Shown here: positions 27,968-37,842 of the stretch, one piece after another
How the letters are laid out: every line of letters begins with the position of its first letter
Numbering within the stretch: position 1 is the stretch's first letter
The notes under the pieces: model-generated
What the model saw: the letters and a program-made list of their open reading frames with translations, nothing else
Databases searched by the model: none
What the model was told of the DNA's origin: nothing
Virus record (IMG/VR): IMGVR_UViG_3300033485_000007
Coordinates: 12,653-76,652 of that record
Direction: 5' to 3' (one strand)
DNA length: 64,000 bases
Source of the DNA: a virus
Lineage: Duplodnaviria; Caudoviricetes
Made by a program: the position numbers and the translations under genes

Positions 27968-28327
27968 ATGACGACCAAGTGCCAGTTCCCGCCGGTACCG
28001 ATTCCTGGGCTAGTTCCGCCTGCGATACCGATACCGACGCTACCGACGATTCCAGGCCCGCCGCCTGTCCCTGTGATTGGCGGTTTTCCGTTGCCTGGAG
28101 TTCCGTTGCCGACCATCCCCGGTCTCGTGCCGCCGTCGATACCAATCCCAGCTCTACCGACCATCCCGTCGCCTCCACCGGTACCAACCATTGGCGGCGT
28201 TGCTCTGCCAGGGGTTCCCTCGGTGTCAATCCCTGGATTGGTTACCCCAACGATACCAATCCCAGCTCTACCGACCATCCCCATCCCGACCGCCAACATC
28301 TGCCCGCTTGACGAGACCCCCCCATAA
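27968..28327 (+). CDS. Pro-rich 38-aa repeat protein
   Basis: PIP/LPTIP repeats with a 114-nt period (31-bp exact repeat at 28137 and 28251); flanking Cys residues, ends CPLDETPP. Confidence 0.65.
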   Translation: MTTKCQFPPVPIPGLVPPAIPIPTLPTIPGPPPVPVIGGFPLPGVPLPTIPGLVPPSIPIPALPTIPSPPPVPTIGGVALPGVPSVSIPGLVTPTIPIPALPTIPIPTANICPLDETPP

Positions 28328-29040
28328 TGACGAATTCCGTTACATTTACGCAAGGCTCGACGCCATCAGCGGCATCTTTCTCGTGCGCAGCTGGTGAGGA
28401 TTTGACGATTACGATAACGATGCTGACGTCGGCTGGCGCGACTCGCGATTGCTCCGGTGGTCACATGACGTTTTCGTTTGGCCGCACCGGTCACCCTAGC
28501 ACGCCGATTACCGTCACTGTTGCTGGGCAGACGAATGGTGTCCACACCGTTTCGGTGCCATCGGCGTCCACCAGGCTGCTCGACGGTCAATACGCGTGTG
28601 ATGCATGGTTCACTCCTGCCGTGGGTGCGCCCGAGCGTGCCACCCAAAACTCTAGGCTAGAAATCACCCAGTCAATCGGCTCAGGCGACACGGAGCTAGA
28701 GGGGTGGTCTACCTGGACCGAGACCGACCAAAGCGCAGTGTCAGGCTCGTATCTTGACCTGCCACTACCGGATGAAGTTAACACATACGTATACGAAATG
28801 CAGCTCACGCTCAGGGGCGCCGTACATACCGGTTGGTATACGCGATTTCGAATGGTGGCCGGCGCTACGGTTGTGGCTGAAGCAACCGCCCCTGAATACG
28901 TCCGGACCGGTTCTCAATACTCGACGGCAACCTATACGATTGAAACAATTGGTGGATTGAAGTACCTGCGGTTTACTCTCGGTGGCGTCACTGAGACGCT
29001 CACGACCAAGATTGTCCGCTACCGAACGAGGCGCATCTAA
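28327..29040 (+). CDS. hypothetical virion protein (Ig/BppU-like N-terminus)
   Basis: Beta-rich; GEDLTITIT...GQYACDAW pattern. Confidence 0.45.
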   Translation: MTNSVTFTQGSTPSAASFSCAAGEDLTITITMLTSAGATRDCSGGHMTFSFGRTGHPSTPITVTVAGQTNGVHTVSVPSASTRLLDGQYACDAWFTPAVGAPERATQNSRLEITQSIGSGDTELEGWSTWTETDQSAVSGSYLDLPLPDEVNTYVYEMQLTLRGAVHTGWYTRFRMVAGATVVAEATAPEYVRTGSQYSTATYTIETIGGLKYLRFTLGGVTETLTTKIVRYRTRRI

Positions 29041-29609
29041 TGGCAACAATTTTCACGATAATCACCTTCATTCAGCTTAACCAAGCCGCAATCGTGGCGA
29101 TTCAGCAGGCGGTATTCTTCGCGCTGTCGTCACTGTTCCAGATCCTGAAAATGCCCAGAACTAGCAAGTTTTTCGGTACGTTCGCTGTCGATGGCGGTCG
29201 ATTGATTCGATGGGTTGGAGGACTCGGCATCGCGAGTAAGCCCAAGTCGTGGCTTGAGCTTGTCGCGAAGATGGCCAGTAAGCTCAAAGCAAACGCAGCG
29301 CTCCTACTGATTGCAATCGGGTTCGTTGCGTGCGTTGCGACAAAACCAGCCACGCCAACCACGGTCGAGATTGCCACAGCCGCCGTTAACCTAACCGACG
29401 AAGCGTTGGCTGTCGCTATCCAAGCCGACCCGACTCGCGAATGGTTGCCTGAAATTATCGCGGTCGAGCGAACCATGAATGCGATTCGATGTCGTGGCGA
29501 CGTTTGCGACACGCTCCCTGCTCTGCAACTTGTGGCGACAACGACCCAATGTGAAAAGTGCTTCGAACTCGTCGCCGCCGCAAAGGATGCCTTATCATGT
29601 CCGCAATAA
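29040..29609 (+). CDS. membrane protein of the lysis region (holin/spanin candidate) with internal lipobox
   Basis: Hydrophobic N-terminus; internal MASKLKANAALLLIAIGFVAC; upstream of the endolysin. Confidence 0.45.
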   Translation: MATIFTIITFIQLNQAAIVAIQQAVFFALSSLFQILKMPRTSKFFGTFAVDGGRLIRWVGGLGIASKPKSWLELVAKMASKLKANAALLLIAIGFVACVATKPATPTTVEIATAAVNLTDEALAVAIQADPTREWLPEIIAVERTMNAIRCRGDVCDTLPALQLVATTTQCEKCFELVAAAKDALSCPQ

Positions 29610-29773
29610 GCCACGTTACCGCCATTCTTCGCGCAATCGAAATCCTTGAGCCGCTCGTTACGCAAACGGTCGAATGGATCCAGGGTGGCGTGAAGCCCGA
29701 GTTCATGTCCACGCTGCCGCCCGTTGCGCGCTCGCGAATCGCATATAACGCGACACGAGCCGGGCTCAAGTAG
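29597..29773 (+). CDS. small hypothetical protein
   Basis: 58-aa ORF overlapping the end of the previous gene. Confidence 0.45.
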   Translation: MSAISHVTAILRAIEILEPLVTQTVEWIQGGVKPEFMSTLPPVARSRIAYNATRAGLK

Positions 29774-29857
29774 TGCCGTCTTACGATTTGGATATCGAAA
29801 TATTACGCGAGCCGACTGACGTGTTTGCTCGCGTGTTTGCGGTTGGGTTGGGAATCA

Positions 29858-30460
29858 ATGACATATCGAGAACTGCCACCGAAGCTGACGCCGCTGAGCT
29901 ATGCGGGAATAATCAATTCGATGCTCCTGGTCTGGGAGCAAACCGGAACCAATCCAGAGCGTAAAACTTGCCGTTTAGCGGCCGCCCAGATTGCCATCGA
30001 ATCCGGTCTTTCGTCTTGCCTAAACTACAACATATCAGGAATCAAGGCGCGACCTAATAACGGCAAGACTCACTGGCAGTATTTCAAGACCACCGAGCGA
30101 TTTTCACCCGTACAGGTTGTCGCCGCGGAGAAGCTTGGACCCGGTTTGGTTGAGGTAATCGGTAACGATGGCGACAAGATCAAGGTGTGGATTAAGCCTA
30201 AGCATCCGTACTGTTGTTTCCGTGCGTTCGAGACCTTGAACGACGCAATGCTCGATCATCTACTTACTCTCAAAAACAAATTCCCTAACGGATGGTTGGG
30301 TCTGCTAACCGGAGACGCTGGTAAGTTCGCTCACGGGCTGAAAATTGACGGGTATTACACAGCAAAAGAGTCCGATTACGATTCTGGTCTGGAGTGGCGA
30401 CTAAAGCAGGAGCTAGCCAGTGTTTCCGATGAGCACCTGGTTTGGGGAGACGTGATCTAA
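29858..30460 (+). CDS. endolysin, GH73 glucosaminidase-like
   Basis: AAQIAIESG, NYNISGIKA, FRAFETL..AMLDH, GYYTA motifs. Confidence 0.8.
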   Translation: MTYRELPPKLTPLSYAGIINSMLLVWEQTGTNPERKTCRLAAAQIAIESGLSSCLNYNISGIKARPNNGKTHWQYFKTTERFSPVQVVAAEKLGPGLVEVIGNDGDKIKVWIKPKHPYCCFRAFETLNDAMLDHLLTLKNKFPNGWLGLLTGDAGKFAHGLKIDGYYTAKESDYDSGLEWRLKQELASVSDEHLVWGDVI

Positions 30461-30810
30461 TGACCGACCCTATCGTTGAGCGCGAGACCGGGAAAGACCA
30501 CGACGCGGCATTTCTGGCGCGTCTCTATCTCGAGGCCGACCGCGTATCGTCCCTATTGTCGGACGTCGTGCGACACTTAAAGGGCAAGGTGGACGGTCTG
30601 GGCGTCGATATCGCCCAGTCACAAGCGTTCGAAAAGAGGGCCGCGGAAGCGTTCAATTCGATAGCCGAAACTCAAAAAGAGCACGGCCTGTTCCTGCGAA
30701 AAATTGACGCTAACCAATCGCTTATCATCCGCGAGCTCAAACTCCAGGGTCAGCGCATCACCGAGCTTGAGCGCGACAGATTTCCACCCATGTTCCCGGC
30801 GGCTGAATAA
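30460..30810 (+). CDS. coiled-coil hypothetical protein (lysis region)
   Basis: Coupled to the endolysin stop; heptad-like sequence. Confidence 0.55.
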   Translation: MTDPIVERETGKDHDAAFLARLYLEADRVSSLLSDVVRHLKGKVDGLGVDIAQSQAFEKRAAEAFNSIAETQKEHGLFLRKIDANQSLIIRELKLQGQRITELERDRFPPMFPAAE

Positions 30811-31283
30811 TGTCTATCCGCGATACTCACCGAAGCCGGTCGTCGCCCAATCTCAATGTCCACCAAACGCTTCACGACTCAGACGCGCGTGACCTAGCGC
30901 AGCTCGCGTTTGACGGGGCGGTTGAGGCACAGGTTAGAGTACGCGAGATTGAAAAGAAAGCGGAGTCAGCGGCAAAGGCGGCAGAGGAAAAGGCAAGTGC
31001 CGCGCTACTGAGCACCGCCGTCGTGCAGGGCCAATTTAAGACAATCATAGCTCTATTGTCGGCTATTAGCGTACTCCTAATTGGGGTCGGCAGTTGGCTT
31101 ATCCTTCGCGTTGACAGCCAGGCCGATCGCGCCCGTGAATCTGCCTCTGTCGCTGCCGTGCAGGCTGTGCAAGCGTCAGACAGGCGCTTCGACGCTCGGC
31201 TGGACCAGGTTGCTAGAGACGCAGCCAGAGAAGCGCTCAGGCTCCGTGACGAGCAGACGATCGGAATGGTCGTGAAGCGGTAG
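30810..31283 (+). CDS. single-TM coiled-coil protein (lysis region)
   Basis: TM FKTIIALLSAISVLLIGVGSWLIL flanked by helical segments. Confidence 0.55.
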   Translation: MSIRDTHRSRSSPNLNVHQTLHDSDARDLAQLAFDGAVEAQVRVREIEKKAESAAKAAEEKASAALLSTAVVQGQFKTIIALLSAISVLLIGVGSWLILRVDSQADRARESASVAAVQAVQASDRRFDARLDQVARDAAREALRLRDEQTIGMVVKR

Positions 31284-31299
31284 AGAAAATGTTGAACTT

Positions 31300-31332
31300 G
31301 CCCGGTGCACCTAAGGTGTTACCGGGCTTTTT
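31300..31332 (+). terminator. intrinsic terminator ending the late operon
   Basis: GCCCGGT...ACCGGGC followed by TTTTT, at a convergent gene junction. Confidence 0.8.
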
Positions 31333-31339
31333 CGTTTGC

Positions 31340-32674
31340 CTATCGTCCATTAGCCAGAATAGACAACAAGACATATCGATCGTTCAGAGATTGGTCATCA
31401 GTAACAAGCTCGAGTAATTCTCGAAGCTTTATGCCAACAGCTGGTCCAGGTCCTATCTCAAGTGTGGACATGACATCCAGACCGGTGACAGCCAACTGAG
31501 TTGTTGTCGTCACAATTGGTGTATAGGCGCCCATTGATGCGATTCGTTCTGTTAGCCAGTCTAGGTAACCATTTGGCAGCCCAGGCGCACGCGATACGCC
31601 CTTCCCGACACAATCCGCCCTGGCTAACGAGATGATGTCCGAAACATTGTCGAGTCCGACCTTTCGAGCCCATCTACGAATTGAGGCAGGTGACTTGAGC
31701 TCGGGCACCAGATGGTAGCGCACCAAATGCACAATACGTTCTCGGTCTTCATTCGAGAATTTGAGTCTTCGTAGTATCGCGTCCGCTACATCGGCCCCGG
31801 TCTTTTCGTGATCATAAAATGTTGGCTCTCCTGTGACCGGATGCGTTCCCTTCGTATCGGGCTTAGCGACATCGTGAAGCATTGCCGCGAGTCGCAAGTG
31901 CTGCTCTTTAGGAGTTGCATCCGTTACGCGCATGGTATGATCCCAAACATCAAACTCGTGATACTTGTTCTGTTCACATCCGATCATTGGCAGCATCTCT
32001 GGCAATACTTGCGCGAGCATGTCCGATCCCAGAAGGATGCCAAGGAAACGAGACGGGAGTGGGGAAAGCAATCCCTTAACAAGTTCCACCCGTACGCGTT
32101 CAGCGGCAACGCTTAATCGGCAACGCTCAATTGCCTCAAAAGTTTTTGAGCCGATACTAAACCCGAGTACCGCTGCAAATCTGACAGCTCGTAAGGCCCG
32201 CAATGTATCTTCGTTCAGCCTGGAATCTGCGTCGCCGACCGCATGTACAACTTTGCGCGCAATGTCATCGACTCCGCCAAACGGATCAACAACCTCACCG
32301 CTCAAAGGGTCGTGGGCAATTGCATTGATTGTGAAGTCGCGACGACTTAGGTCAATCTTGATGCTATCTGAAAACTGTACGCTATCCGGTCGGCGTCCGT
32401 CGGAATAGTGGCCATCAACGCGGTAGGTTGTCACCTCGAAGCTTTCTCCGTCAAGGATGACCGTAACCGTGCCGTGATCTATCCCAGTATCAACGACTCT
32501 GGCGAACAGGTTAGCTACCTGCACTGGTAGAGCGTTCGTCGCTATATCCCAATCGTTCGGGGCGCGTCCGATAATAGAATCACGGATAGCGCCACCGACT
32601 AGGTACGCTTCGAATCCAGCGTTGTTTAGCACGCGGCAGATTGATATCGCGTTTTCTGTCGGGTGGATGTTCAC
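31340..32674 (-). CDS. cca: CCA tRNA nucleotidyltransferase with HD domain
   Basis: YLVGGAIRD, DWDIAT, RRDFTINA, EDTLRALRAVRF, HEFDVWDHT, LHDVAKP. Confidence 0.9.
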   Translation of the reverse strand: MNIHPTENAISICRVLNNAGFEAYLVGGAIRDSIIGRAPNDWDIATNALPVQVANLFARVVDTGIDHGTVTVILDGESFEVTTYRVDGHYSDGRRPDSVQFSDSIKIDLSRRDFTINAIAHDPLSGEVVDPFGGVDDIARKVVHAVGDADSRLNEDTLRALRAVRFAAVLGFSIGSKTFEAIERCRLSVAAERVRVELVKGLLSPLPSRFLGILLGSDMLAQVLPEMLPMIGCEQNKYHEFDVWDHTMRVTDATPKEQHLRLAAMLHDVAKPDTKGTHPVTGEPTFYDHEKTGADVADAILRRLKFSNEDRERIVHLVRYHLVPELKSPASIRRWARKVGLDNVSDIISLARADCVGKGVSRAPGLPNGYLDWLTERIASMGAYTPIVTTTTQLAVTGLDVMSTLEIGPGPAVGIKLRELLELVTDDQSLNDRYVLLSILANGR

Positions 32675-33765
32675 GATATGGCCTCCGACATGATCTCAAC
32701 GCAATCTCTGTCGATTGCTTCGATGTCTGGTGACTTTGGCAGGGCGCTTGTCTTCGCTGCTTCCTCGAGTTTCGAATCTTCCGCAGATGCCCAGTCACGA
32801 AGCTGTTCATACGTCCAAGCTCCGCCGCGTATTGCCAGTAGCTCATCAGCGTCTGGACGCTTAACGATTACCTTACCGGTCTCGAGAATCTCACGACACA
32901 TACGGATTAGACGCACCAAATGCATCGCGTGCTTCGTGTCGTACCCGTGTTTTGCCTCTAGCTCGGCACGAGCAGGATTGCGGGTTGCTTTCCACGTTTG
33001 GTAATTGTTCCATTCGCGAAGTTTACCCGAGTAGCGCCTCTCCATATCGAGTAGATAAATGAAGTTATCGGAAAAACCAAGCGTTCGTGCTGCGCCTTGC
33101 CAGAGCTCGGAGTTGCTTGAAATCTCTAGTTCTGCTAGATGTGAGGACATTTTCTGAAGGATAGACTCACGAATGTCCCTCGGTAGGTCGTCGAGGAAGT
33201 TGGCGCTCCATGAATCCATCTTCTGGCGGATTGCTGACTCTGCCGCGGCAAGCTGATCGTGTGGGACGAGTGATCGCTCTGGTAATCCAAATTCAGTTCT
33301 GGACGGTTGTGCCAACGGTGGTGTTTTTATCCACCTGTAATGTGTGTCGATTCTCTTCAATTGAGAAGCCGCATAACCCGAAAACGTGTGCTTCACTCGA
33401 CGAGTCAAGAACATTTGTCGCATAGCCAATAGCCGTTCGCCGTATTTGGAAACTTGTAGCCTATCCGATTCGTCAACAAACAGAATCTCGATAACGTTTG
33501 GGTTGCACTGTGACGCCAGGCTGACGAACTTCTTTAGGCAGAACACAGTCAAATCGGGCGCGTTGCATACCACCTGATCGAACCGATGCAGGCCACCTAG
33601 GTAGTATTCCCGAGGTGCAATCGCTACCCCGCGAACGTCATGGTCACTAGAAGGCAGAGCGGTGCCGTACGCGTGGCTTCCGTGGGTGCACAGGAAAATT
33701 GTTCGTTCTGGAATCCACTTCAGATTTCCAGAGTATTGTGACCAGTCAAATGTGTTTTGTTGCAT
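32671..33765 (-). CDS. RlaP-family (Pol-beta superfamily) nucleotidyltransferase
   Basis: GSHAYGTALPSSDHDVRGV, CNPNVIEILF, KHAMHLVRL. Confidence 0.85.
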   Translation of the reverse strand: MQQNTFDWSQYSGNLKWIPERTIFLCTHGSHAYGTALPSSDHDVRGVAIAPREYYLGGLHRFDQVVCNAPDLTVFCLKKFVSLASQCNPNVIEILFVDESDRLQVSKYGERLLAMRQMFLTRRVKHTFSGYAASQLKRIDTHYRWIKTPPLAQPSRTEFGLPERSLVPHDQLAAAESAIRQKMDSWSANFLDDLPRDIRESILQKMSSHLAELEISSNSELWQGAARTLGFSDNFIYLLDMERRYSGKLREWNNYQTWKATRNPARAELEAKHGYDTKHAMHLVRLIRMCREILETGKVIVKRPDADELLAIRGGAWTYEQLRDWASAEDSKLEEAAKTSALPKSPDIEAIDRDCVEIMSEAIS

Positions 33766-33779
33766 TGTGTCTCAACTTA

Positions 33780-34148
33780 TCAAATACACGAAAACGGAAT
33801 CCATCTGACCGTAAACCCTTTGCGCTCCAAAAACGCGCGCATACGGCAGGCCCCAACTGGGTTAACAGAATGAATATCAATCGTTTCTGGAAGCTTGGCG
33901 ACGCGCTTCGGTTTCGCGAGCATCAACCCGCACGCATCGAGACCCGTGGCCTCTAGTCCCTGGTACAGTGACCGGCAATCGAAATCGTTCAGGTCATGGT
34001 CGAGTGACACGCCCTCGAACCGAGCGTACTTGTCGTTATCGAGCGCGTCTGTGAACTGGTCAATCGTATACACGTGCACCAGCTCACCAGGGTAGAGCGA
34101 TTCGTAGTGGTCGTGTCGGAATTTGTTGTCGTCTAGGAAAAGTCTCAT
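33780..34148 (-). CDS. cyclic-phosphate-processing receiver (cREC) domain protein
   Basis: MRLFLDD, VSLDHDL, TGLD, IHSVNPVGACRM. Confidence 0.8.
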   Translation of the reverse strand: MRLFLDDNKFRHDHYESLYPGELVHVYTIDQFTDALDNDKYARFEGVSLDHDLNDFDCRSLYQGLEATGLDACGLMLAKPKRVAKLPETIDIHSVNPVGACRMRAFLERKGFTVRWIPFSCI

Positions 34149-35605
34149 TCGAACCAATGGCCTCCATCACCGTCAACGCCAATCTCAGTCACCGCGCCAA
34201 GGTGAATACAGTTTCCGGATTCAAGAGTCAATAGACTATAAGTGCCATCAATGCGATGGAACCTCATCCAAGTCGAGCCGTCGGATAATGGCTCGAGAAG
34301 CCGAATCACGGTATTGCGCGGAACATCAAACAGTGGAATTCGTTTCATGGCTCGAATCCTGGCTGTAGCTTGTAAGGCAGCGAGACGACCTTCCAGTATC
34401 GGTCGTAGATCGGACCTGCGAGTTCGTTTAGCGGTCGCGCTATCTGTTCAAGTTTCTCCCGGTTAATTGCTACCGGTATTGGCAGAAACTTCTCAGCTGG
34501 ATAGTCGCGGCAAAAGTTGTCAGTTTCTACTATTGCGAAATTTGTCATGTCTCACCCTCAATAGCACACCCGTACGCCTTCATAACCTCGACGTACCGCT
34601 TGGTGATGAGCGCCCTAGCCTGCTGTGGCGTCATAATTACCGTCCGCTCGGACGCGACCGAGAGGTAGCCATCCGACGTGAGCATATTATATCGCTCTGG
34701 CTCTTCGCTCGAGTACTCGACCTTCCCGCACGTCGCGCACCTGACGTGACCTGGATAGTGATGAGAACTGTACGGGTCGTCGTCAGTGGACGATTTCTCG
34801 TGGTAAATGAATATATGCGGGCAGCATGACCGAACCTTGGCGGTAGCGGCACTTTTCCTGGCCGCGGATTCCTTTGACTGTGCAATCGTCATATCGTCAG
34901 TAACGACAATCGCATTCGCCGTCTCAAGCTCCAGCAACGCGTCACGGAGCTTTTCTGGTGGCCAGGAGACGATGATTGACAACTCCCGTAACGTCTCCAG
35001 CTCGCGCGCCTTACGATGCCACGCTTCGGTTGTTTCCCGTACAGCCTTATTGACCGCGACGAGGTCGCGTTCCTTGTTTTTGAGTTCGACTGATAATCCG
35101 CTGATATCAGCCGTGCAATTGTCCAATGCCTGTTCGATTGTCGTCATTTTAAATACACTAACTAATCCGCAATTGACTCGATTGATAGGTCGATCGTCTC
35201 TATCGATGACCCGCAGTCCAGTTCGGTGAATTCTGGATATTTCGCGCGAATGAACGCGGATAGGTTGCAGTCGCACGAATAGTTGCCCTCGGAGAACATG
35301 TACACGGCACTCTCGTGAGGGTACGCGTAACCGAAATCATACTCAATTTCATACACCTTACTGTCGTATTGAAGGTTTAGTCTGGCGACTGTACGCAGTC
35401 GAGTGTCGGTCCCCTCATACAGAGCGTAGGCCAGCTCGCGGGCTGACAGCTCGACCTCTAGCGCCCGGAGCCTAAACAGGTATGCAACCCGATCCTCTGC
35501 GGTATCAAACCAGTAATACCCACCGCTGAGCCCGTGTTTCGCCGCGTGTTCTGGATTGAAGAACCCGCCCCACGTGTGAATCACGTATTCGTATTTTTCA
35601 GACAT
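34145..35605 (-). CDS. four hypothetical genes (34145-34348, 34345-34548, 34545-35147 coiled-coil/Cys, 35162-35605 Cys-containing)
   Basis: Coupled ORFs upstream of cREC in the same operon. Confidence 0.6.
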
Positions 35606-35629
35606 AACAAGTCCTATCGGTAATTTGTC

Positions 35630-35672
35630 GCACTCGCCTCTCGCCTCAAGCCACCCCTAACCCGTGTGGCTT
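35630..35672 (-). repeat. hairpin + GCTTG(G/A)GGCG...AGAGG intergenic module, copy 1 of 3
   Basis: AAGCCAC/GTGGCTT stem then TTGAGGCGAGAGG; related copies at 36122-36164 and 38209-38250. Confidence 0.55.
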
Positions 35673-35683
35673 TTTCGAGTTTG

Positions 35684-36637
35684 TTAGATCGATTTACTGA
35701 CGCTCAACCCGTGTTTCTCGGCAACTTCGGACAGTACGGATTCAGCCTGCTCACTGGTCAATTCCAGCGCCTCGATCACGGCCAACATACTGCGCACTGC
35801 GCCTTTGTGTTGTATTGCTCGTGTCTTCGGGCTTGATTTTGCAACATCAGCAAGCGTTTCCTTTGATTCCATAATAGTCCTCTCTAACGACTCATGGCAT
35901 AGTCGGCTAAAATAACACGTGCATCCTCAACGGATTCGTGCGCAATCACGTCGCCCGTTGATGCGCGCCATCGGTATTCTGGGTGTAGCGCTGCCATCGT
36001 AGACGCCACTCGACAGGCAGTGTCCATGTCGCTCAAACAGAATGTTGGCAGTTCGGCGTCTACGGACCATTGTCCCGACGCTCCACTCGACATGATGTAA
36101 ATTTTGGAATTGTCCATGTGCGCCTCTCTAACGCCCCAAGCCCCGCCTTGTTTCAGAGCGGGGCGTGTGAGCGAATTGGTCAGTTGTCGATCCAGGGCGT
36201 CACGTCTCGTAGCATTGCAGCGTCACACTCGGCTTTGGCCCGGTCACGGCGCCTTCCGACCGTGAGCTCTGCGCCTTGAGCGCGAACCTTGATCGCGTAG
36301 ATAGGAGTCCCGCGGTCGTCGAAAAGCTCGACTACCTCTACGGTGGGTGGGTAGATCGGGAGCATTGGTAGGCCGCCCGAGTGTGTAGACGCCATCAGAA
36401 CGTGCATCCTTTCGCGCCGACGCCTGGCACAGTGATTTGCGCGGTGGCCTGGTGTTCGCGAGCGCCAGTCTCGGACGCTCGCCACGTGATGAGGTACGCG
36501 GCATCGCCGGGCTGTACATTGTAGTCGACCGCGCGACGGGGGTACTCCTTGGCGGCTTTTCGCAGCGCTGACGTTGCGTTGGCGGCTTCGATCGTCGCGA
36601 ACATGTTTCCGTGCTCGTAGATTTCGAAGGTCTTCAT
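35684..36637 (-). CDS. four small genes driven by P36 (36395-36637, 36180-36365, 35884-36117, 35684-35872)
   Basis: Each has an AGAGG/GGAG-type RBS; no recognizable domains. Confidence 0.6.
36122..36164 (-). repeat. hairpin + TTGGGGCGTTAGAGAGGC module, copy 2
   Basis: GCCCCGC/GCGGGGC stem; CCTCTCTAACGCCCCAAGCCCC is identical at 38209. Confidence 0.75.
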
Positions 36638-36640
36638 GAT

Positions 36641-36727
36641 GTTTCTCCCTGGCTGACACCCTAAGCATGATTCATTACGTGCCGGCACGCAACCTCATTC
36701 GACACGACTCCCTAAAATAGTTTCAAG
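36641..36727 (-). promoter_or_regulatory. early promoter repeat P36 with palindrome CGTGCCGGCACG
   Basis: TTGCGT-17-CATGCT; about 85-bp near-repeat of 38533-38615; palindrome at 36678-36689. Confidence 0.8.
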
Positions 36728-36760
36728 TAGCTGGATTCGCAGGCGGATTAGCGAGCGACC

Positions 36761-37675
36761 TCAGCCGAGCCTAATCGTCGTCCCGTCCGGGTGCTCTAGC
36801 CACAGGTCGAGCCCGCGCTTGCCGGCGTCCCACTGGACGTGGACCGCCCAATCCTCAACGTTCGGCGCGGTGTAGCGATCGAGCAGTCGCAAAAATTCCA
36901 GGCGGGCACGCTCGGCTATTCTCCGCGCAGCGTCAATGAAAACGACGCCGCATCCTCGATGCTGATCCGTGTGTTGCTCTGGCGAAAACCATCTATTCGC
37001 ACACGCGGCATTGACGTGCACCGCGACGTAACTTAGCTCGGCGAACAATAGGGCACGTTGCGCAGTAGTGGGCGTTTCGCCGAACGTCACTCGAGTAAAT
37101 GGGTCGTTGCCTAATTCAGTGAGTGGCATAAAACATCAATTCCGATCTGTCTCTTCGCTTCGTTGCCATTCAGCGCCGGTTGGCACTAGCCATGTCATCG
37201 ACAATAGGAGCAGGCCCGAGTCCGCTGAATTCTCGCGTGCACTTTTTGTTTCTCAAGTGCCGAACTTTTTTGTCCGACGAAGCGCCGGGAGGAATACTGC
37301 CGAACAGTCTACAGCGTCCTACGGATGTTAGGTAGCAACATTTGTGGGTTTCTGTTTCGCAATAGATCAACGTTCGCAGCCATTGCGGCTGGGTATATTT
37401 GACTGGATCGCTCACTTCTCCAACGCCTCCCGTCCCGCCTTCGATTCGATGTACAAAACGTACCGAAAGTACCGCGTTTTCAGCGATTCGAGCCACTCGT
37501 AACCGGGTGATTTGTGTATTCCGCAAGTAAAGCCGACGTCATTCTCGCATTCGCACGTATGTTTGGCCCTGACGCGGTTTCTGCAATAAGCTTCAATTGC
37601 AGCTCGGCGCGACAGAAATCTTCTGTTGACCAATGGGACCGAGTACACTGTGGCAGTAGATTTGGTCACGAGCAT
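36761..37675 (-). CDS. three hypothetical genes (36761-37129, 37170-37415 GTG start, 37412-37675)
   Basis: ORF track with adjusted starts from overlap patterns. Confidence 0.55.
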
Positions 37676-37739
37676 TTTAGAGCCTCCCGTCCCGCCCTCA
37701 GCATCGCGGCAAAGACGGCTGCCCACTCGCGCTCGGTTA

Positions 37740-37842
37740 TGTCGGTCATGATTCTCCTATTGGTGCGTCAGTCTGTAGCACACTAGGAATCCCCACCGCG
37801 GGACTCACTCGAGTTCGACACCGCGGTAAGTGGGCGGGTTCG
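37740..37842 (-). repeat. about 103-bp element, copy 1 (copy 2 at 39605-39705)
   Basis: Direct alignment, 13 differences over the 81-nt core; both copies run into ATG ACC GAC A. Confidence 0.85.

Noticed and set aside
29773-29964. 63-aa GTG ORF overlapping the endolysin start
   Set aside because: Overlaps the endolysin by over 100 nt out of frame with no recognizable features; cannot be supported without homologs
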